64,000 nt of DNA from Candidatus Saccharimonadales bacterium (GCA_035717985.1 DASTHW010000013.1:7656-71655), one strand, 5' to 3'. Positions 27,943 through 39,328 are shown, numbered from the stretch's first letter. The notes: generated from the letters alone by a model not told the origin. Translations and numbers: made by a program.

Positions 27943-29697
27943 TCACCCCTTTATTAACTGATTAAGTTTATCGACTTTTTTGATTAATTTTTGGGTCTCA
28001 GTCTCATCTTTAGCCTGGTTAATAGCTAGGATTAACTGAGTTTTTTGTATTTTTACGTAGTAATCAACTAATCTTCTGGCGAGGTTCTGGGCCTGCAGGG
28101 CCAAATCTTGGGCCGGCAGATCAGAATAAAGCTCCTCGAACTGTAATATTACAATTTTAACATAATCACTGATTTCCTGCAAAGCTCCCGCCGTCTTGGC
28201 GTCAGATTTAAAGTTAGGATTTTTAGTTAAAAATTCAAATAAAATCCGGGGCGGACCGTCTGAAAAATAGGCCGCTCGGCAATCTTTTAAAAGCCGCCGC
28301 AGTTTAGGCTGGGCCAGCAGGATTGATAAAAAGTGATCCTGCAGGCGGCGGTGCTCCACCGCCAGCTTATCTACCTCCGCTGGTTTAAGGTTAGGCCGCT
28401 TGAGTCGAACCTGCGGCTGGCCTGCCCCGCCGGCCAGCTTAGCCTTGACGGTCTCTAGGCTGGTATCAGTCAACTCGGCAATTTTCTTTAGGTAATGTTC
28501 CTGCTCCAGCGGGTCGCTTAGGCGTTTTATAATCGGCAAAAGCAGGTCGCTGAAACTACGCTTGCCGGCGGCCGAGGCTAAATCCAGCTGTTTTTCATAG
28601 ACTTCCATTAGCCAATCTGGAGCGTAAACTGCACTATCAATGGCTTTTTGCCAGGCTGAGGCGTCTTTTTTTACCAGTTCGTCAGGGTCTTTAAAGCCAG
28701 CCGGCAGGCTAATAATCTTTAGGCTGACATCGACTTTTTGAGACAGTGGGATGACCCGCTCGGTGGCGCTGATGCCGGCCCGGTCAGCATCAAAAGATAG
28801 ACGCACATCGCCGCTGAAGCGTTTTAGCTCGCGCAGGTGATACTCGGTCATAGCCGTACCGGCGCTGGCGACGACATTTGCTATACCGGCCTGGTGGCTG
28901 GCAATTACATCTAAATTACCTTCTACGGCCACCACAAAACCCAGTTTTCTGATGTCATTTTTAGCTTGAGCTAGACCAAAAACGTTACGGCTTTTGTCAT
29001 AGAGAATTGTCTGGGGAGTGTTGATATATTTGGGGGCATTTGGCTGATCAACCACCAGGCGGGCAGTAAAGCCGACCGGCATCCCGCGGCTGTCGGTCAA
29101 GGGCACCATAATCCGTCCGCGGAACATGTCAGCCGGATAGCCTTGGCGCTGGCTAATCAGCCCGGCCCGTTTCATCTCATCTGTCGTAAAGCCCTGCTTG
29201 GTTAAAAAATCGCTCAGCCCGCGGGCGGTGTTGGGGGCATAGCCCAGACGCCAATTTATAATTGTCTGCTTGCTAAAACCGCGCTTTTTTATAAGGTATT
29301 CAAGCGCCGGCCGGTTGGCAGTAAGCTGTTTTTGATAAAACTTGATAGACAGTTCCAGCGCCTCTTGGGCTCGAGCTTTAAGATTGGCGTTAGCACTAGA
29401 GCTACCAGTTTTTTTATACTGTGCCAGATCAACGCCGGCTTTGCGTGCCAGCGTCTCTAGAGCTCCCTTAAAATCCAGCCCCTCCATCTCCATAACAAAG
29501 CCAAAAATATCACCACCCTTGCCGCTGGAAAAATCATGCCAGATTTGCTTTTCCGGACTAACGATAAAACTAGGCGTTTTTTCATTAGTCCAGGGCGATA
29601 TTCCCTTAAAATTACGGCCGGCGCGCTTAAGCTGAACGTACTCGCTAACGACGTCCTCAATGTTTAGCCGGCTCTTGACCTCCTGCGCCGCATCCAT
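27943..29697 (-). CDS. dnaG: DNA primase
   Basis: EKTPSF, FRGRIM.P, PKYINTP, EG.LD, FDAD.AG, KDPDE. Confidence 0.96.
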   Translation of the reverse strand: MDAAQEVKSRLNIEDVVSEYVQLKRAGRNFKGISPWTNEKTPSFIVSPEKQIWHDFSSGKGGDIFGFVMEMEGLDFKGALETLARKAGVDLAQYKKTGSSSANANLKARAQEALELSIKFYQKQLTANRPALEYLIKKRGFSKQTIINWRLGYAPNTARGLSDFLTKQGFTTDEMKRAGLISQRQGYPADMFRGRIMVPLTDSRGMPVGFTARLVVDQPNAPKYINTPQTILYDKSRNVFGLAQAKNDIRKLGFVVAVEGNLDVIASHQAGIANVVASAGTAMTEYHLRELKRFSGDVRLSFDADRAGISATERVIPLSQKVDVSLKIISLPAGFKDPDELVKKDASAWQKAIDSAVYAPDWLMEVYEKQLDLASAAGKRSFSDLLLPIIKRLSDPLEQEHYLKKIAELTDTSLETVKAKLAGGAGQPQVRLKRPNLKPAEVDKLAVEHRRLQDHFLSILLAQPKLRRLLKDCRAAYFSDGPPRILFEFLTKNPNFKSDAKTAGALQEISDYVKIVILQFEELYSDLPAQDLALQAQNLARRLVDYYVKIQKTQLILAINQAKDETETQKLIKKVDKLNQLIKG

Positions 29698-29876
29698 CCC
29701 GTTTAGACCTTACCCTCCAGCTTTGAACTTTTGGCTGAGGTCGGAAAACTAATATGCCGTCCGTAGTGCCAGACAATTCGCAAAATGGTACCAAGAGTTC
29801 TAACGGGATCCATCCTTTTAGTTTACGGCCGAAACATAAAAGCTGAAAGCTTAAGAGTAATCGTTATAATAGTCTT

Positions 29877-30479
29877 ATGCCGCCTCAACCGCAGAGCCCC
29901 AACCCTAGCTACGATTTCATTTTAAAGAGTGGCCAAACCAAATCGCGGTCTTTTAACCCGCTGAACCTATCTGGCCCGGTTAAAATCATCGGCGCGGTAC
30001 TGATTGTAATTATCTTGATAATTGTCTTAGGCACAGCCCTAGGGGGTAAAAATAGTGGCAAAGCTGGTGGTTTAACCGGGGTTTTAGGCCGGGCTCAGGA
30101 AATAAATCGCATCAACACCCTGGAACAACCAGTGATCACGGATCCAACTACACTTGATCTTTTAGTTACTGTCCAGAGTGCTCTTTCTAGCGAACAAACT
30201 CAGCTAACGAACATATTGAATCAGCAAAAAATTAAGCTCGACTCTAAGCAGTTGGCGGCCTATCAAAATAACGGCACCGATCAGCTACTGCAGTCGGCCG
30301 CCCAGAATAATAATCTGCCGGCGGCTTATGATACATATTTGCGCGGGGCACTGGCTGATTATGCCAATAGCCTCGTGCAAGCCTACCAGACCAATAACTC
30401 AAGCAGTGTAAAAAGTATTTTGCAGTCGGCTTACTCGAGCACAAAGACTCTGCTAGCCAGCCCACCGCTTAAACAGTAA
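29877..30479 (+). CDS. membrane-anchored helical hypothetical protein
   Basis: Single TM then helical domain; TATAAT 6 nt before ATG. Confidence 0.75.
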   Translation: MPPQPQSPNPSYDFILKSGQTKSRSFNPLNLSGPVKIIGAVLIVIILIIVLGTALGGKNSGKAGGLTGVLGRAQEINRINTLEQPVITDPTTLDLLVTVQSALSSEQTQLTNILNQQKIKLDSKQLAAYQNNGTDQLLQSAAQNNNLPAAYDTYLRGALADYANSLVQAYQTNNSSSVKSILQSAYSSTKTLLASPPLKQ

Positions 30480-30593
30480 ATTACCCTGACACCAGCTGGT
30501 AGGAATGATTTAATTTGAAGACAAACCTACGGTTTTTCCTCAACACTCCTTTTAGAATGAATCCAAATCCGTGCTCAAAAGCACGAACCGGAG

Positions 30594-30926
30594 CTACTCT
30601 TTTTCCCTTTTCTCAGACACCAATGAAAAGGAATGATTAATTAGATCTTTGACCTCTTCCCAAGACAGCTGGCCGGTTAGCAGTAAGGTATTCCAGTGCT
30701 TTTTATTTAGATGCCAGCCGGGCATGACAGTCTCATATCTTGCCCGCAGGGTTTCGGCTAAAAGCGGGTCGCACTTTAAACTCAGGCGCACTGGCTCAGA
30801 TTTTTCGGCTACCAGAGCGAACATTTTATCCTTCACTTTATAAACCGCCACACCTTCTCCGAACGGATAGTCCAGCTTAGATCCAGGTAAAGACAATAAA
30901 TATTTTTCTACCTCAGCATGCGTCAT
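30594..30926 (-). CDS. MmcQ/YjbR family protein
   Basis: DYPFG, KV.DKMFA, LKCDP, PGWHLNKKHW; start reassigned to ATG 30926. Confidence 0.9.
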   Translation of the reverse strand: MTHAEVEKYLLSLPGSKLDYPFGEGVAVYKVKDKMFALVAEKSEPVRLSLKCDPLLAETLRARYETVMPGWHLNKKHWNTLLLTGQLSWEEVKDLINHSFSLVSEKREKE

Positions 30927-31016
30927 CCTTAAATTATATGATAGACAGCTCATATATTTGACAGCCGCGCCCAACTACTATTTATTAGTAAATAACAATT
31001 AGCGAGGAGTACTAAT

Positions 31017-34000
31017 ATGGCCCAATGGCTGAGGGTGGCTTGGCGAACATCAAAAAAAGTCATTAATATAACAGCGGCCTCGGCGCTAGCTTTTAGCGGC
31101 TTGGCTCTAGCTGGTCCCCTCTTTACAGCTTCAGCGGCGGCTAGCCCAACGGTAGTTATTAACGAAATCTCTAGTGGTGCCTCATCTAACGACTGGGTAG
31201 AACTCTATAACCCGGCTGATACCAGCACGTCTCTCACCGGCTGGACCGTATCCGACTCGGCCAATAATTTAGGTACTTTAAGCGCCTCTAGCATAGCCGG
31301 TCACGGCTATGTAACTGCGGCTTTTGGCAATTCCTTAAATAATAGCGGCGACAGCGTAACGCTTAAGGATGCCAGTGCGGTAATAGTGGACTCCGTTACT
31401 TATGGTGCAGGCGGCCAGCCCGCCCCGGCTAGCGGCCAGAGTTTGGCCCGCGTAACTAACGGCGGCGACAGCTGGGCTCTTAGTAACTCACCGACAGATG
31501 GCACTAGTAACGACCCTTTAGCTGAGCAGAGCGTCTGCGCCAGCGGCTGTGACGTAACTACCATCGCCGCCGCCCTATCAACCATCGGCGCCGGCGGTAA
31601 TATCTTTATTAACGACGGCACCTACAGCTTAAGCTACACTCTGTCCATTGATAAGGCTGTCACCCTTACGGGCGCTGACGAGGCCGGTGTGATTATCAAC
31701 GCATCGAATGTAGCCTCTGGCTACGGTGTTTACACCAATGTTGACAATGTAACAATTAAAAACCTATCCATTATTGGCCCGGCTAATTCCAGCGGTTACG
31801 GTCTAAAAATTGAGGGTAGCGTCTTAGGCGGACTAGCGGCTGATAGTAATATTAAGGTTACAAACGTAGCCGTCAGCGGTAGTTACCGCAGTGGCATTGA
31901 TTTAAACGGCATTAACAACGCCAAGCTAACTAACATCAGCTCGACCGGGGCCACCCATGGTAACGGCCTAGCTATAACTGATAGCCGTAATATTGTCCTC
32001 GACGGCGTTTCTACTGCTTCAAATGCCTGGGGTGGCGTAGCTCTTTACGCCAAGGGCAGTTACTATGCCTGCGGCGTCGATAACATTACCCTTACCGGCA
32101 CTAACAGCTTGGATGATCCAGGAGCACTATATACCGGCATAGATAACACCTCTAATCCTGACTGCACGGTTACCAATCTCCACATATCCTCAACCGACTT
32201 ACCCTACAAAGTAAGCCTGTCTAGCGACGATCCGCAGGATGTCTACACGACTAGTTTGGATAATGCCGGCTTGGTTTCGGCCATTCGCGCCTCTGCAAAC
32301 CCAGTAGTCAGCTCAACCGATGACAGCACTAACTTATGGGTGGCTACCGGCCAGACAATCCAAGATGTGGTCGACAGCGCCCAAACCGGCGACACCGTCA
32401 ACGTACCAGCCGGCACCTACGATGGCTTTTCGATTAGCGGCAAAACCGGCGTAACCGTCAGCGGAGCCGGAGCCACGGTTATCGCTCCGACCAACCTGGT
32501 CGATAGCCACTTGCAACACAAATATACGGCTGATATGCAAGTTTCAGTCCTGGTCAATAATTCCAGCGATATCACAATCAGTGGCCTATCAATAAATGAT
32601 AATGGTATGGCTCCTGGTTATGGTGGACCTGATTCACTAGTGTTTTGGAATGCTTCAACTGGTACGCTAGCTAATGATAATATCGCCGGCACCTATGCAA
32701 TCAACGGCATTCAAACAGGCCAAGGTATCGCCCTAGACGCTAGCGGCAGTGCCGGCGCTAGCCTGAACGTACTTAACTCTACCATCACCGGCTTCCAGAA
32801 AAATGGCATTGATGTCATTAACGGCAACGGTTCAACCAGCGGAGCTAGCGGTACGGTTAGCTTAAATGTCAGCGGTACGACCATAACCGGCGCTGGTTCA
32901 ACCTCGGCAATAGCCCAAAACGGCATCGTGCTCTGGGACCGCGGCGGCGGCACGGTCAGTGGGACTATTAGCGATTCGGCTATCTCAGGTTTTGAATACG
33001 CTCCACTAGATATAGTCAACGGCAATAACGGCACAGGTATTCTGACGTACGGTACATCAAGCTCGGCGAGCGTTACAAACAGCACATTAAGTAATTCTGA
33101 TTTGGACGTAGCTAACGCTACCGCTAGCGGTACGTTTGATGCCAGTCTTAACTGGTGGGCCAGCTCAGACCCGGACTTTTCTGTCCTGGTTGGCCAAGCT
33201 AGCGATGGCTATAGCCCGGTAACGACCACACCTTATTTCACTAATGCCGCCATGACTACCCGCTCTGATGCTAAAGTCCTGCCGGATAGCGGCGGCAATG
33301 CCACTGTCAATAATTCGACTCCTCAGGTTGTGGTAACCTCTAACAGCCAACCCCTTAATATAACGGTAACCAGTGGTACCAATAGTGCCTCAATTGACTT
33401 CAGTTCGCTAATAAACTCGGGCAGTGGGACATTGCCGCAAACCACCATTAGTAGCACCACTGCCACAGTGTCGATCCCGGCCGCCACGACTGTGACCGCC
33501 GCCAGCGGGAGCTGGAATGGTGTGATTAGCGCGCCGACTGTCGAACCAAACAGTTCAGTTAATGTTCCAACGGCCAGTGGTACTACCACTACTGTGGCGA
33601 CGGTAATCGAGGTAGGCGCCGGTAACACCGGACTGACATTCAGTAAGGCTGTCCGCCTGCTGATTCCCGGTCAGGCCAGCAAACTGGTCGGTTTCGTCAG
33701 AAACGGCGACTTTACTCAAATTACAAATGTCTGCTCGGCCGATTCGCAGACTATCGGTGATAGCTTACCAGCGGGCGGTGATTGCTGGATCAATGTCGGT
33801 AATGACATGGTGGTCTGGACAAAACACTTCACGGAATTTGTAACCTATAGCCAACAGCCAACGGTCAGTAGTACCAAATCCAGCGCTAGCGGAACCTCCA
33901 CGCCCGTTCAAACAGCTAGCGCCATTACAAACAGCACTGGAGAGACAAATAATAGCTCGGCCGAACCCCAGGTTCTTGGTGCTAACAACAGCGGCCAGCC

Positions 34001-34181
34001 CAGAACCTCGTCTGCCTCGACTCAAAAGCCGGCTCCAAAAGCGGCGACGGCTATAGCCAACTCCAAAGCCGGCCGAATCTTTGGCCTAATGTGGTACTGG
34101 TGGATCCCCATCATTTTGGCGGCGGCCATAATCATTTGGATTTACCAGCGCGGCCTAGCTACCACTTCCGGAAAATCTTAG
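31017..34181 (+). CDS. large surface protein: signal peptide, lamin-tail-like domain, beta-helix repeats, C-terminal TM anchor
   Basis: VVINEI...DWVELYN; I.GFQKNGI and AQNGI beta-helix repeats; S/T linker, PQVLGA, WYWWIPIILAA. Confidence 0.85.
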   Translation: MAQWLRVAWRTSKKVINITAASALAFSGLALAGPLFTASAAASPTVVINEISSGASSNDWVELYNPADTSTSLTGWTVSDSANNLGTLSASSIAGHGYVTAAFGNSLNNSGDSVTLKDASAVIVDSVTYGAGGQPAPASGQSLARVTNGGDSWALSNSPTDGTSNDPLAEQSVCASGCDVTTIAAALSTIGAGGNIFINDGTYSLSYTLSIDKAVTLTGADEAGVIINASNVASGYGVYTNVDNVTIKNLSIIGPANSSGYGLKIEGSVLGGLAADSNIKVTNVAVSGSYRSGIDLNGINNAKLTNISSTGATHGNGLAITDSRNIVLDGVSTASNAWGGVALYAKGSYYACGVDNITLTGTNSLDDPGALYTGIDNTSNPDCTVTNLHISSTDLPYKVSLSSDDPQDVYTTSLDNAGLVSAIRASANPVVSSTDDSTNLWVATGQTIQDVVDSAQTGDTVNVPAGTYDGFSISGKTGVTVSGAGATVIAPTNLVDSHLQHKYTADMQVSVLVNNSSDITISGLSINDNGMAPGYGGPDSLVFWNASTGTLANDNIAGTYAINGIQTGQGIALDASGSAGASLNVLNSTITGFQKNGIDVINGNGSTSGASGTVSLNVSGTTITGAGSTSAIAQNGIVLWDRGGGTVSGTISDSAISGFEYAPLDIVNGNNGTGILTYGTSSSASVTNSTLSNSDLDVANATASGTFDASLNWWASSDPDFSVLVGQASDGYSPVTTTPYFTNAAMTTRSDAKVLPDSGGNATVNNSTPQVVVTSNSQPLNITVTSGTNSASIDFSSLINSGSGTLPQTTISSTTATVSIPAATTVTAASGSWNGVISAPTVEPNSSVNVPTASGTTTTVATVIEVGAGNTGLTFSKAVRLLIPGQASKLVGFVRNGDFTQITNVCSADSQTIGDSLPAGGDCWINVGNDMVVWTKHFTEFVTYSQQPTVSSTKSSASGTSTPVQTASAITNSTGETNNSSAEPQVLGANNSGQPRTSSASTQKPAPKAATAIANSKAGRIFGLMWYWWIPIILAAAIIIWIYQRGLATTSGKS

Positions 34182-34196
34182 AGATAATTTAAAATC

Positions 34197-34592
34197 TTAC
34201 TTTTTGGGTTTGAAGTCTAGGCTGGCTGAATTAATGCAAAAGCGCATACCGGTCGGGGTCTGCGGAGCATCGTGAAAAACGTGGCCCAAGTGACTGCCGC
34301 AGGCGGCGCAGGAGACTTCTACTCTCTGCAGACCGTCAGCTCTATCCTCGGTTAATTTAACGGCGCTAGCGTGAGCCACATTATAAAAACTAGGCCAGCC
34401 GGAACCGCTATCAAACTTGGTATCGCTTTTAAACAGCTCCGCCCCGCAAACCGGGCAGACATAAGTACCGGCCTGCTTGTTATGCAGTAGTTTACCGGTA
34501 AACGGCGTCTCAGTGCCTTTTTCACGCAGAATACGGTACTGCTGTGGCGTCAGCCTTTGTTTAATCTGCTCTTCTGTCTGAGCTTTTTTCAC
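34197..34592 (-). CDS. msrB: peptide-methionine (R)-S-oxide reductase
   Basis: [25 protein letters not shown]. Confidence 0.97.
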   Translation of the reverse strand: MKKAQTEEQIKQRLTPQQYRILREKGTETPFTGKLLHNKQAGTYVCPVCGAELFKSDTKFDSGSGWPSFYNVAHASAVKLTEDRADGLQRVEVSCAACGSHLGHVFHDAPQTPTGMRFCINSASLDFKPKK

Positions 34593-34596
34593 TTAA

Positions 34597-36249
34597 CTAC
34601 ATCCTCTCTGGAGCTGAAATACCCAGTAATTTTAATCCGCCGGCTAAAACTTGGCTGTAAGATTCTACCAACTTTAGCCGCAAGCCTGCCCGCGGGTCAC
34701 CAATAATCCGGCTAGTTTCATAAAATTTGTTAAAACTTTGGGCTAGCTCATACAGATAATTGCAAATTTGATTAGGCGCCAGCTCAGCCGTGGCGCCAGC
34801 GACTACCTCTGGGAATTCACTAATTTTGCGGGCCAGTAGCCGCTCCGGCGGCTCATAAGATTCAATAGCCGCTGGCTCTGCCGGTAGTTCCGAGGCTTTG
34901 GCTAAAATTGAGCAGGCCCTAGCGTGGGCGTACTGCAGGTAAGGCCCGCTATTGCCCTCAACGGCCACCGATTCTTCCACATCATAAACAATATCTGAAC
35001 CTAAGTGGTGGCGCAGTAGACCATATTTAACGGCGCCCAAGTAGATTTCATCCTTTTGGGCCGAGTCGGGATACTGGGCATAGACCCGCTCTTTTACTTT
35101 AGCCAGTAAATTAGTTGCCGAATAAACATTGCCTGTGCGACTACTCATTTTGCCGGTGGATAGGCTTAAAAAGCCGTGAGCCAGATGGGTGGTTTTTTCG
35201 GCTAGGGAACGGTTAATTTCAGCTAAAGCCGCTAGCATTACTTTAAAGTACTCGCTCTGCTCACTAGCCGTAATGATTAGGGAGCGCCTGGCTCCCGGGT
35301 AATCTTTGTCTTTTAGGCTGGTTAGACCAAGATCTTTTGCCTCATAAGTCGGCAGACCTTGACTGGTTATAAAAACCCGTGTGTGCAGGCCGGCTTTTTC
35401 ACCCGGATAAATCACCGCTCCGTCAGACTCTTCAAAGACCGGGCCGATATTTTTCTGTACCATCTCCTTGCCAACCTCCGCCGTCTGGCTTTCTAAATAT
35501 CGCCGGTCATTGCTTATATCAAGCAGTTTTAAAATGTTGTCAAAAGCCTTGAAACTAAGCTCTCTACCCTGTTCATAAATATTTTTAATGTCTGGGTCTT
35601 GACCGCTATAAATCAAATGATTGATTTTGGTAATCTCATCCTTGGCAGATGGCGACTGCTCATAAGCCTCGGCGCCTTTGGCGTAGTAATTACCAATCAT
35701 GGTATCCGCCGCCAAACCGTCCGCCAGCTGAAATTCGGCGGCTCCGCTGGCCTGCTTGAGCGCCCAAATGGTTTTAGCTACGTGCAGGCCAACATCGCCG
35801 TGGTAGCTTAGACGGCGCACACTGGCGCCGGCCGATTCCAGCAGTCTGGCAATAGCATCACCGACAATGTAGCTGTATAAATGGCCAATGTGCATTTCTT
35901 TGAAAGGGTTAGGGTCGCCAAATTCTACCAAAATTTCCTGACCGGCCAGAGCCTGCGCCGGTCGGGTGGCGGCTTGTGCCGACTCAGCCAGCACCTTGTC
36001 GGTCAACCAAAAATTAATAAAGCCCGGCCCAGCCAGCTCTACTTTAGCTAGGTTTGGGTTTTGGCTTAAAGCGTTAGCTAGCGCTTGGGCTATTTCGCGC
36101 GGCGGTTTTTTTAGCTGAGCGGCTAATTTTAAAGCAATGTTAGACGAAAAATCGCCAAATTTAGCTTCCGGGCGGCTAATTTCCGGCTCAATATCAGTTT
36201 CATATACTGACTTAGCGGCCTGTTTTAGGGCCGACGAGATTTCCTGCAT
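34597..36249 (-). CDS. argS: arginine--tRNA ligase
   Basis: GPGFINF, HIGH, KMSSR, GPYLQYAHAR. Confidence 0.96.
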   Translation of the reverse strand: MQEISSALKQAAKSVYETDIEPEISRPEAKFGDFSSNIALKLAAQLKKPPREIAQALANALSQNPNLAKVELAGPGFINFWLTDKVLAESAQAATRPAQALAGQEILVEFGDPNPFKEMHIGHLYSYIVGDAIARLLESAGASVRRLSYHGDVGLHVAKTIWALKQASGAAEFQLADGLAADTMIGNYYAKGAEAYEQSPSAKDEITKINHLIYSGQDPDIKNIYEQGRELSFKAFDNILKLLDISNDRRYLESQTAEVGKEMVQKNIGPVFEESDGAVIYPGEKAGLHTRVFITSQGLPTYEAKDLGLTSLKDKDYPGARRSLIITASEQSEYFKVMLAALAEINRSLAEKTTHLAHGFLSLSTGKMSSRTGNVYSATNLLAKVKERVYAQYPDSAQKDEIYLGAVKYGLLRHHLGSDIVYDVEESVAVEGNSGPYLQYAHARACSILAKASELPAEPAAIESYEPPERLLARKISEFPEVVAGATAELAPNQICNYLYELAQSFNKFYETSRIIGDPRAGLRLKLVESYSQVLAGGLKLLGISAPERM

Positions 36250-36269
36250 ACCATTTATGATAACAAAAG

Positions 36270-36938
36270 CTATCTTTTGGAATCCGGCTGGACTAGTAAA
36301 AAATAGGCTCGGTACATAATGCTTAAAACTACAAAGAATAAACCGGTAACGGCCAGTGTGCTGGTATGGCCTAGCGGGTCGACTATCCGGTCGGTCAAGC
36401 TGATGATTACTCCCGCTGGATTCAAAATGACATCTAAGCTATTCCAGCGTAGAACTCGGCCCATATAAATAGCCAGGCTACTTATTAAAATAACCGCCTC
36501 GATGATAACAAGAGCCTGCTGGGCCGAAAGCCTTTGCCTCAGCTCCCGGTGGACTAGATAAAGGCTGGTAAAGCCTAGCAGGTAGCCGGTGATAATTAAA
36601 CTGCCCAGCTGGGCAATATCATAAAGTTGGCTAACCATAGTGCCGGGTGTCAGGTGGATAAAATCGGTCAGCACGTACCAGGAATTAGGCAGTAGTACTA
36701 GCCAGAGAAGGCTCAAGCCCGCCCCGCCCCAGCTTTGCCAGCGGTGGCTCTTTAGATAGTCGCCTAACAGCCAAGCCGAGGCCAGGCTGGCCCAAGCCAG
36801 CGCCAAGTTGCCAGGGATAAATAAATATATCCACTGGCGATCGATGAGCAGTCTCAATAAAAAAAGGCCGAGGCACAGCCCACTAAGCCAAAGCAGGCTT
36901 AGGCTAAAGCGAGTCTCAGTTTTAGTAAAAGCGGTCAT
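36270..36938 (-). CDS. DUF1361-like membrane protein
   Basis: NL.LAW, LPNS.Y.LTDFIHL, IYMGR.LRWNS.D. Confidence 0.8.
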   Translation of the reverse strand: MTAFTKTETRFSLSLLWLSGLCLGLFLLRLLIDRQWIYLFIPGNLALAWASLASAWLLGDYLKSHRWQSWGGAGLSLLWLVLLPNSWYVLTDFIHLTPGTMVSQLYDIAQLGSLIITGYLLGFTSLYLVHRELRQRLSAQQALVIIEAVILISSLAIYMGRVLRWNSLDVILNPAGVIISLTDRIVDPLGHTSTLAVTGLFFVVLSIMYRAYFLLVQPDSKR

Positions 36939-37027
36939 CGCTTACCCTACATTTTAACCGATTACGCTTTAAGTAAATTAAATAAATATATTTACATATA
37001 TAAATACATCTTGTTACAATAAAGTCC

Positions 37028-37300
37028 ATGATCAGTGACCAAACTGTAGCCGTCTTAAAAGCTCTGGCTGACCCGACTCGTCTCAATTTGGTGCGGCGGC
37101 TAGCGCATGAGCCAGCTAGCCGGCAATCCTGTGGTCGTTTAAGCGCCCGGGCCTGTTTAAGCCAGCCAGCCATGAGCCATCATTTTGCCAAGTTGGTTAA
37201 TGCCGGCGTGGTGCTAGAAAGTAAATCCGGCAAAGAAAAGAATTATCAGCTTAACCGGCAATTACTTATAAAGTGCGGTTTGGTACCTGAGCGCTTATAA
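37028..37300 (+). CDS. ArsR/SmtB-family regulator
   Basis: KALADPTRL, SQPAMSHH. Confidence 0.9.
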   Translation: MISDQTVAVLKALADPTRLNLVRRLAHEPASRQSCGRLSARACLSQPAMSHHFAKLVNAGVVLESKSGKEKNYQLNRQLLIKCGLVPERL

Positions 37301-37323
37301 AATCTAACCCAAAGGAAATAACT

Positions 37324-37920
37324 ATGAAACTGTTGATTATTATTGGCTCAACCCGCCCCGGCCGGCTAACTGAAAGACTGGCCAAATGGGTTGAAGCCAG
37401 TGCCAAAAAACTACCAGAAATTGACGCCGAGCTAGTCGATCTGGCTGATTATCCCCTACCTTTTATGAACGAGCCCAGGAGTCCGCGCTTTAACCCCGAG
37501 CGGCACCTGCCGCCTGAGATTCAAAAGTGGGTCCAAAAAATGGCCGAGGGCGACGCTTACATTTTTGTGACTCCCGAATATAACCATTCCATCCCCGGCG
37601 TACTAAAAAACACCTTAGATTTCATTACCTGGGAGCTGGTCAAAAAGCCGGCTACCATCGTCAGCCACGGTACCGTTGGCGGTGCCCGGGCTACTATGCA
37701 CCTTAAAGAAATTCTTAGTGAGTCCCGCGCGGCTATCATTCCTACGCAGGTAGCTGTCGCCGGCCTGGGCGACAAAATTGACGAGGCCGGCCAGTTATCG
37801 ACCGAGCAAAAAACCCTGGAATACGGCCCGCAAACAGCGCTTGATAATATGCTGGGTGAACTTAGCTGGTACGGCCAAGCTTTGAGCGCCGCCAGAGCCA
37901 AAGACCAGACGTCTAGCTAA
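37324..37920 (+). CDS. NADPH-dependent FMN reductase
   Basis: GSTRPGR, TPEYNHSIPGVLKN.LD. Confidence 0.92.
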   Translation: MKLLIIIGSTRPGRLTERLAKWVEASAKKLPEIDAELVDLADYPLPFMNEPRSPRFNPERHLPPEIQKWVQKMAEGDAYIFVTPEYNHSIPGVLKNTLDFITWELVKKPATIVSHGTVGGARATMHLKEILSESRAAIIPTQVAVAGLGDKIDEAGQLSTEQKTLEYGPQTALDNMLGELSWYGQALSAARAKDQTSS

Positions 37921-37923
37921 AAA

Positions 37924-38595
37924 TTAGTCCCAGCGAACCAGCCAATTAGGGCTCTCGACTAAATGTTCGAGCCTAAATTCCAGTTCGCCTAACTGCTTGG
38001 TTAGCTCATCGGGCCCGCTACCCAGCACATTCATAGCTGTAAACGGCTCGTGAACGTTAAAGCCGCAAAAAGCCAAAGTGCCGTAATTAATGTGATGCAG
38101 ACTGCCATTAATATCCACCTTATACATGCCTTCGGGTTTATAAAAATCAGCCGGGCCGCCAGCGGCGGCAATTATCATGGATGATTTGCCACGCATAAGG
38201 CCGGCCTCAAAAATCTTGCCGCTATCCCAGGCTACGCCCATAGCCAGTACGCGGTCATACCAGCCTTTTAATATTGCCGGGCAAGACAGCCACCAGATTG
38301 GAAAGATAAAAAGAACCAGCTCGGCGGCTTTTATCTTCTCAATCTCGCCCAAAATATCCGGTGAGAAGGCCAGATCCAGCCCAGCGGCGTGTTTTTGTTC
38401 GAGCATGTAGTTAAAGTGGCCGCCGCGGGTTGAGACGAAGTCCCATTTCTGGGCCGACGGGCTAAAGCCTTGAGTATAAAGGTCACTCAGCACCACGGTA
38501 TGTCCCTGCCGGCTTAAAACCTCCATGGCTTTATTTTTCATGGCGGCCGTAAAAGACGCTGGCTCATCGTGAGCATAGACGATTAATATGTTCAT
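37924..38595 (-). CDS. NAD(P)H:quinone oxidoreductase (flavodoxin-like)
   Basis: AH..P.SF, SDLY, FPIWW...PAILKGW.DRV. Confidence 0.92.
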   Translation of the reverse strand: MNILIVYAHDEPASFTAAMKNKAMEVLSRQGHTVVLSDLYTQGFSPSAQKWDFVSTRGGHFNYMLEQKHAAGLDLAFSPDILGEIEKIKAAELVLFIFPIWWLSCPAILKGWYDRVLAMGVAWDSGKIFEAGLMRGKSSMIIAAAGGPADFYKPEGMYKVDINGSLHHINYGTLAFCGFNVHEPFTAMNVLGSGPDELTKQLGELEFRLEHLVESPNWLVRWD

Positions 38596-38657
38596 CCAGC
38601 TTACATTTTACCGTAAGCGCAATTATTTTTTACTTAACTAATTATTTAGCCGCGGAT

Positions 38658-39098
38658 TTAAACAGCTACGCCAACCGGCTTAACCACCTGGTCCTGCAAG
38701 CGAAAAATCATTTGGCTGATTCGCCAGCTACCATTTGCCGACTTTATTAAGATGTACTCAACCGTGCCGCGGACCGTCCAGGCGTAGCGCTCGCCGCGGT
38801 CAGCTACATAGTGAACATTTTCGACCAAGGTAGTAACTTTTGCCCGGCGCGAATTGACCATGCGAACAGCCAGCCGGCGGATAAAGTGCCGGGTAGCATA
38901 AAAGTAAGAGCCAATTTCGCGGCGCCATTCATTAATTAATCTCTGCTTAGGAATCACTGCCGGCGTCTCGCCGTTTAGGGCCTTGTTATCAATAAACGGT
39001 TTTTTGACAAAATATTCCTCCAGGCGCTCCCACTGCTTCATATCCTGGAGTAAAGCTACACTGTTAACTACATTTTTGATCTGTTCTTTGTCGTTCAC
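38658..39098 (-). CDS. SnoaL/NTF2-like protein
   Basis: D.K.W..L, TRH, W...G.Y.L...GSWRI pattern. Confidence 0.7.
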   Translation of the reverse strand: MNDKEQIKNVVNSVALLQDMKQWERLEEYFVKKPFIDNKALNGETPAVIPKQRLINEWRREIGSYFYATRHFIRRLAVRMVNSRRAKVTTLVENVHYVADRGERYAWTVRGTVEYILIKSANGSWRISQMIFRLQDQVVKPVGVAV

Positions 39099-39300
39099 TT
39101 TTATAGCTCCTTATTTGTGCTTTGATTTATAGGCCAGCCAGCTGAGAATTGGCTAAGAATAAGTGGAATTGGCGGACCGGTTAATTATTTTAGCACGCGT
39201 GTTATTGGCCTATACATAAGTATGTCAAAGGCCGGGACAGCATCCAGCACACGGCCCACAAGGCATTGAGCAAAAAACACACTACATAGATATCCATGGA

Positions 39301-39328
39301 CTTCATATGATATAATATTCATATGAAG
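39301..39328. promoter_or_regulatory. probable ArsR operator overlapping -10 box and start codon
   Basis: Perfect inverted repeat CTTCATATGA-8bp-TCATATGAAG enclosing TATAAT. Confidence 0.65.

Noticed and set aside
2808-29697. Alternative genetic code (UGA=Gly as in Gracilibacteria/SR1)
   Set aside because: rnj, mutM and dnaG end at TGA at expected lengths, and conserved genes have no in-frame TGA
39170-39176. TGGCGGA as att duplicate of tRNA-Ser(GGA) 3' end
   Set aside because: Only 7 bp, expected by chance, and no integrase is present
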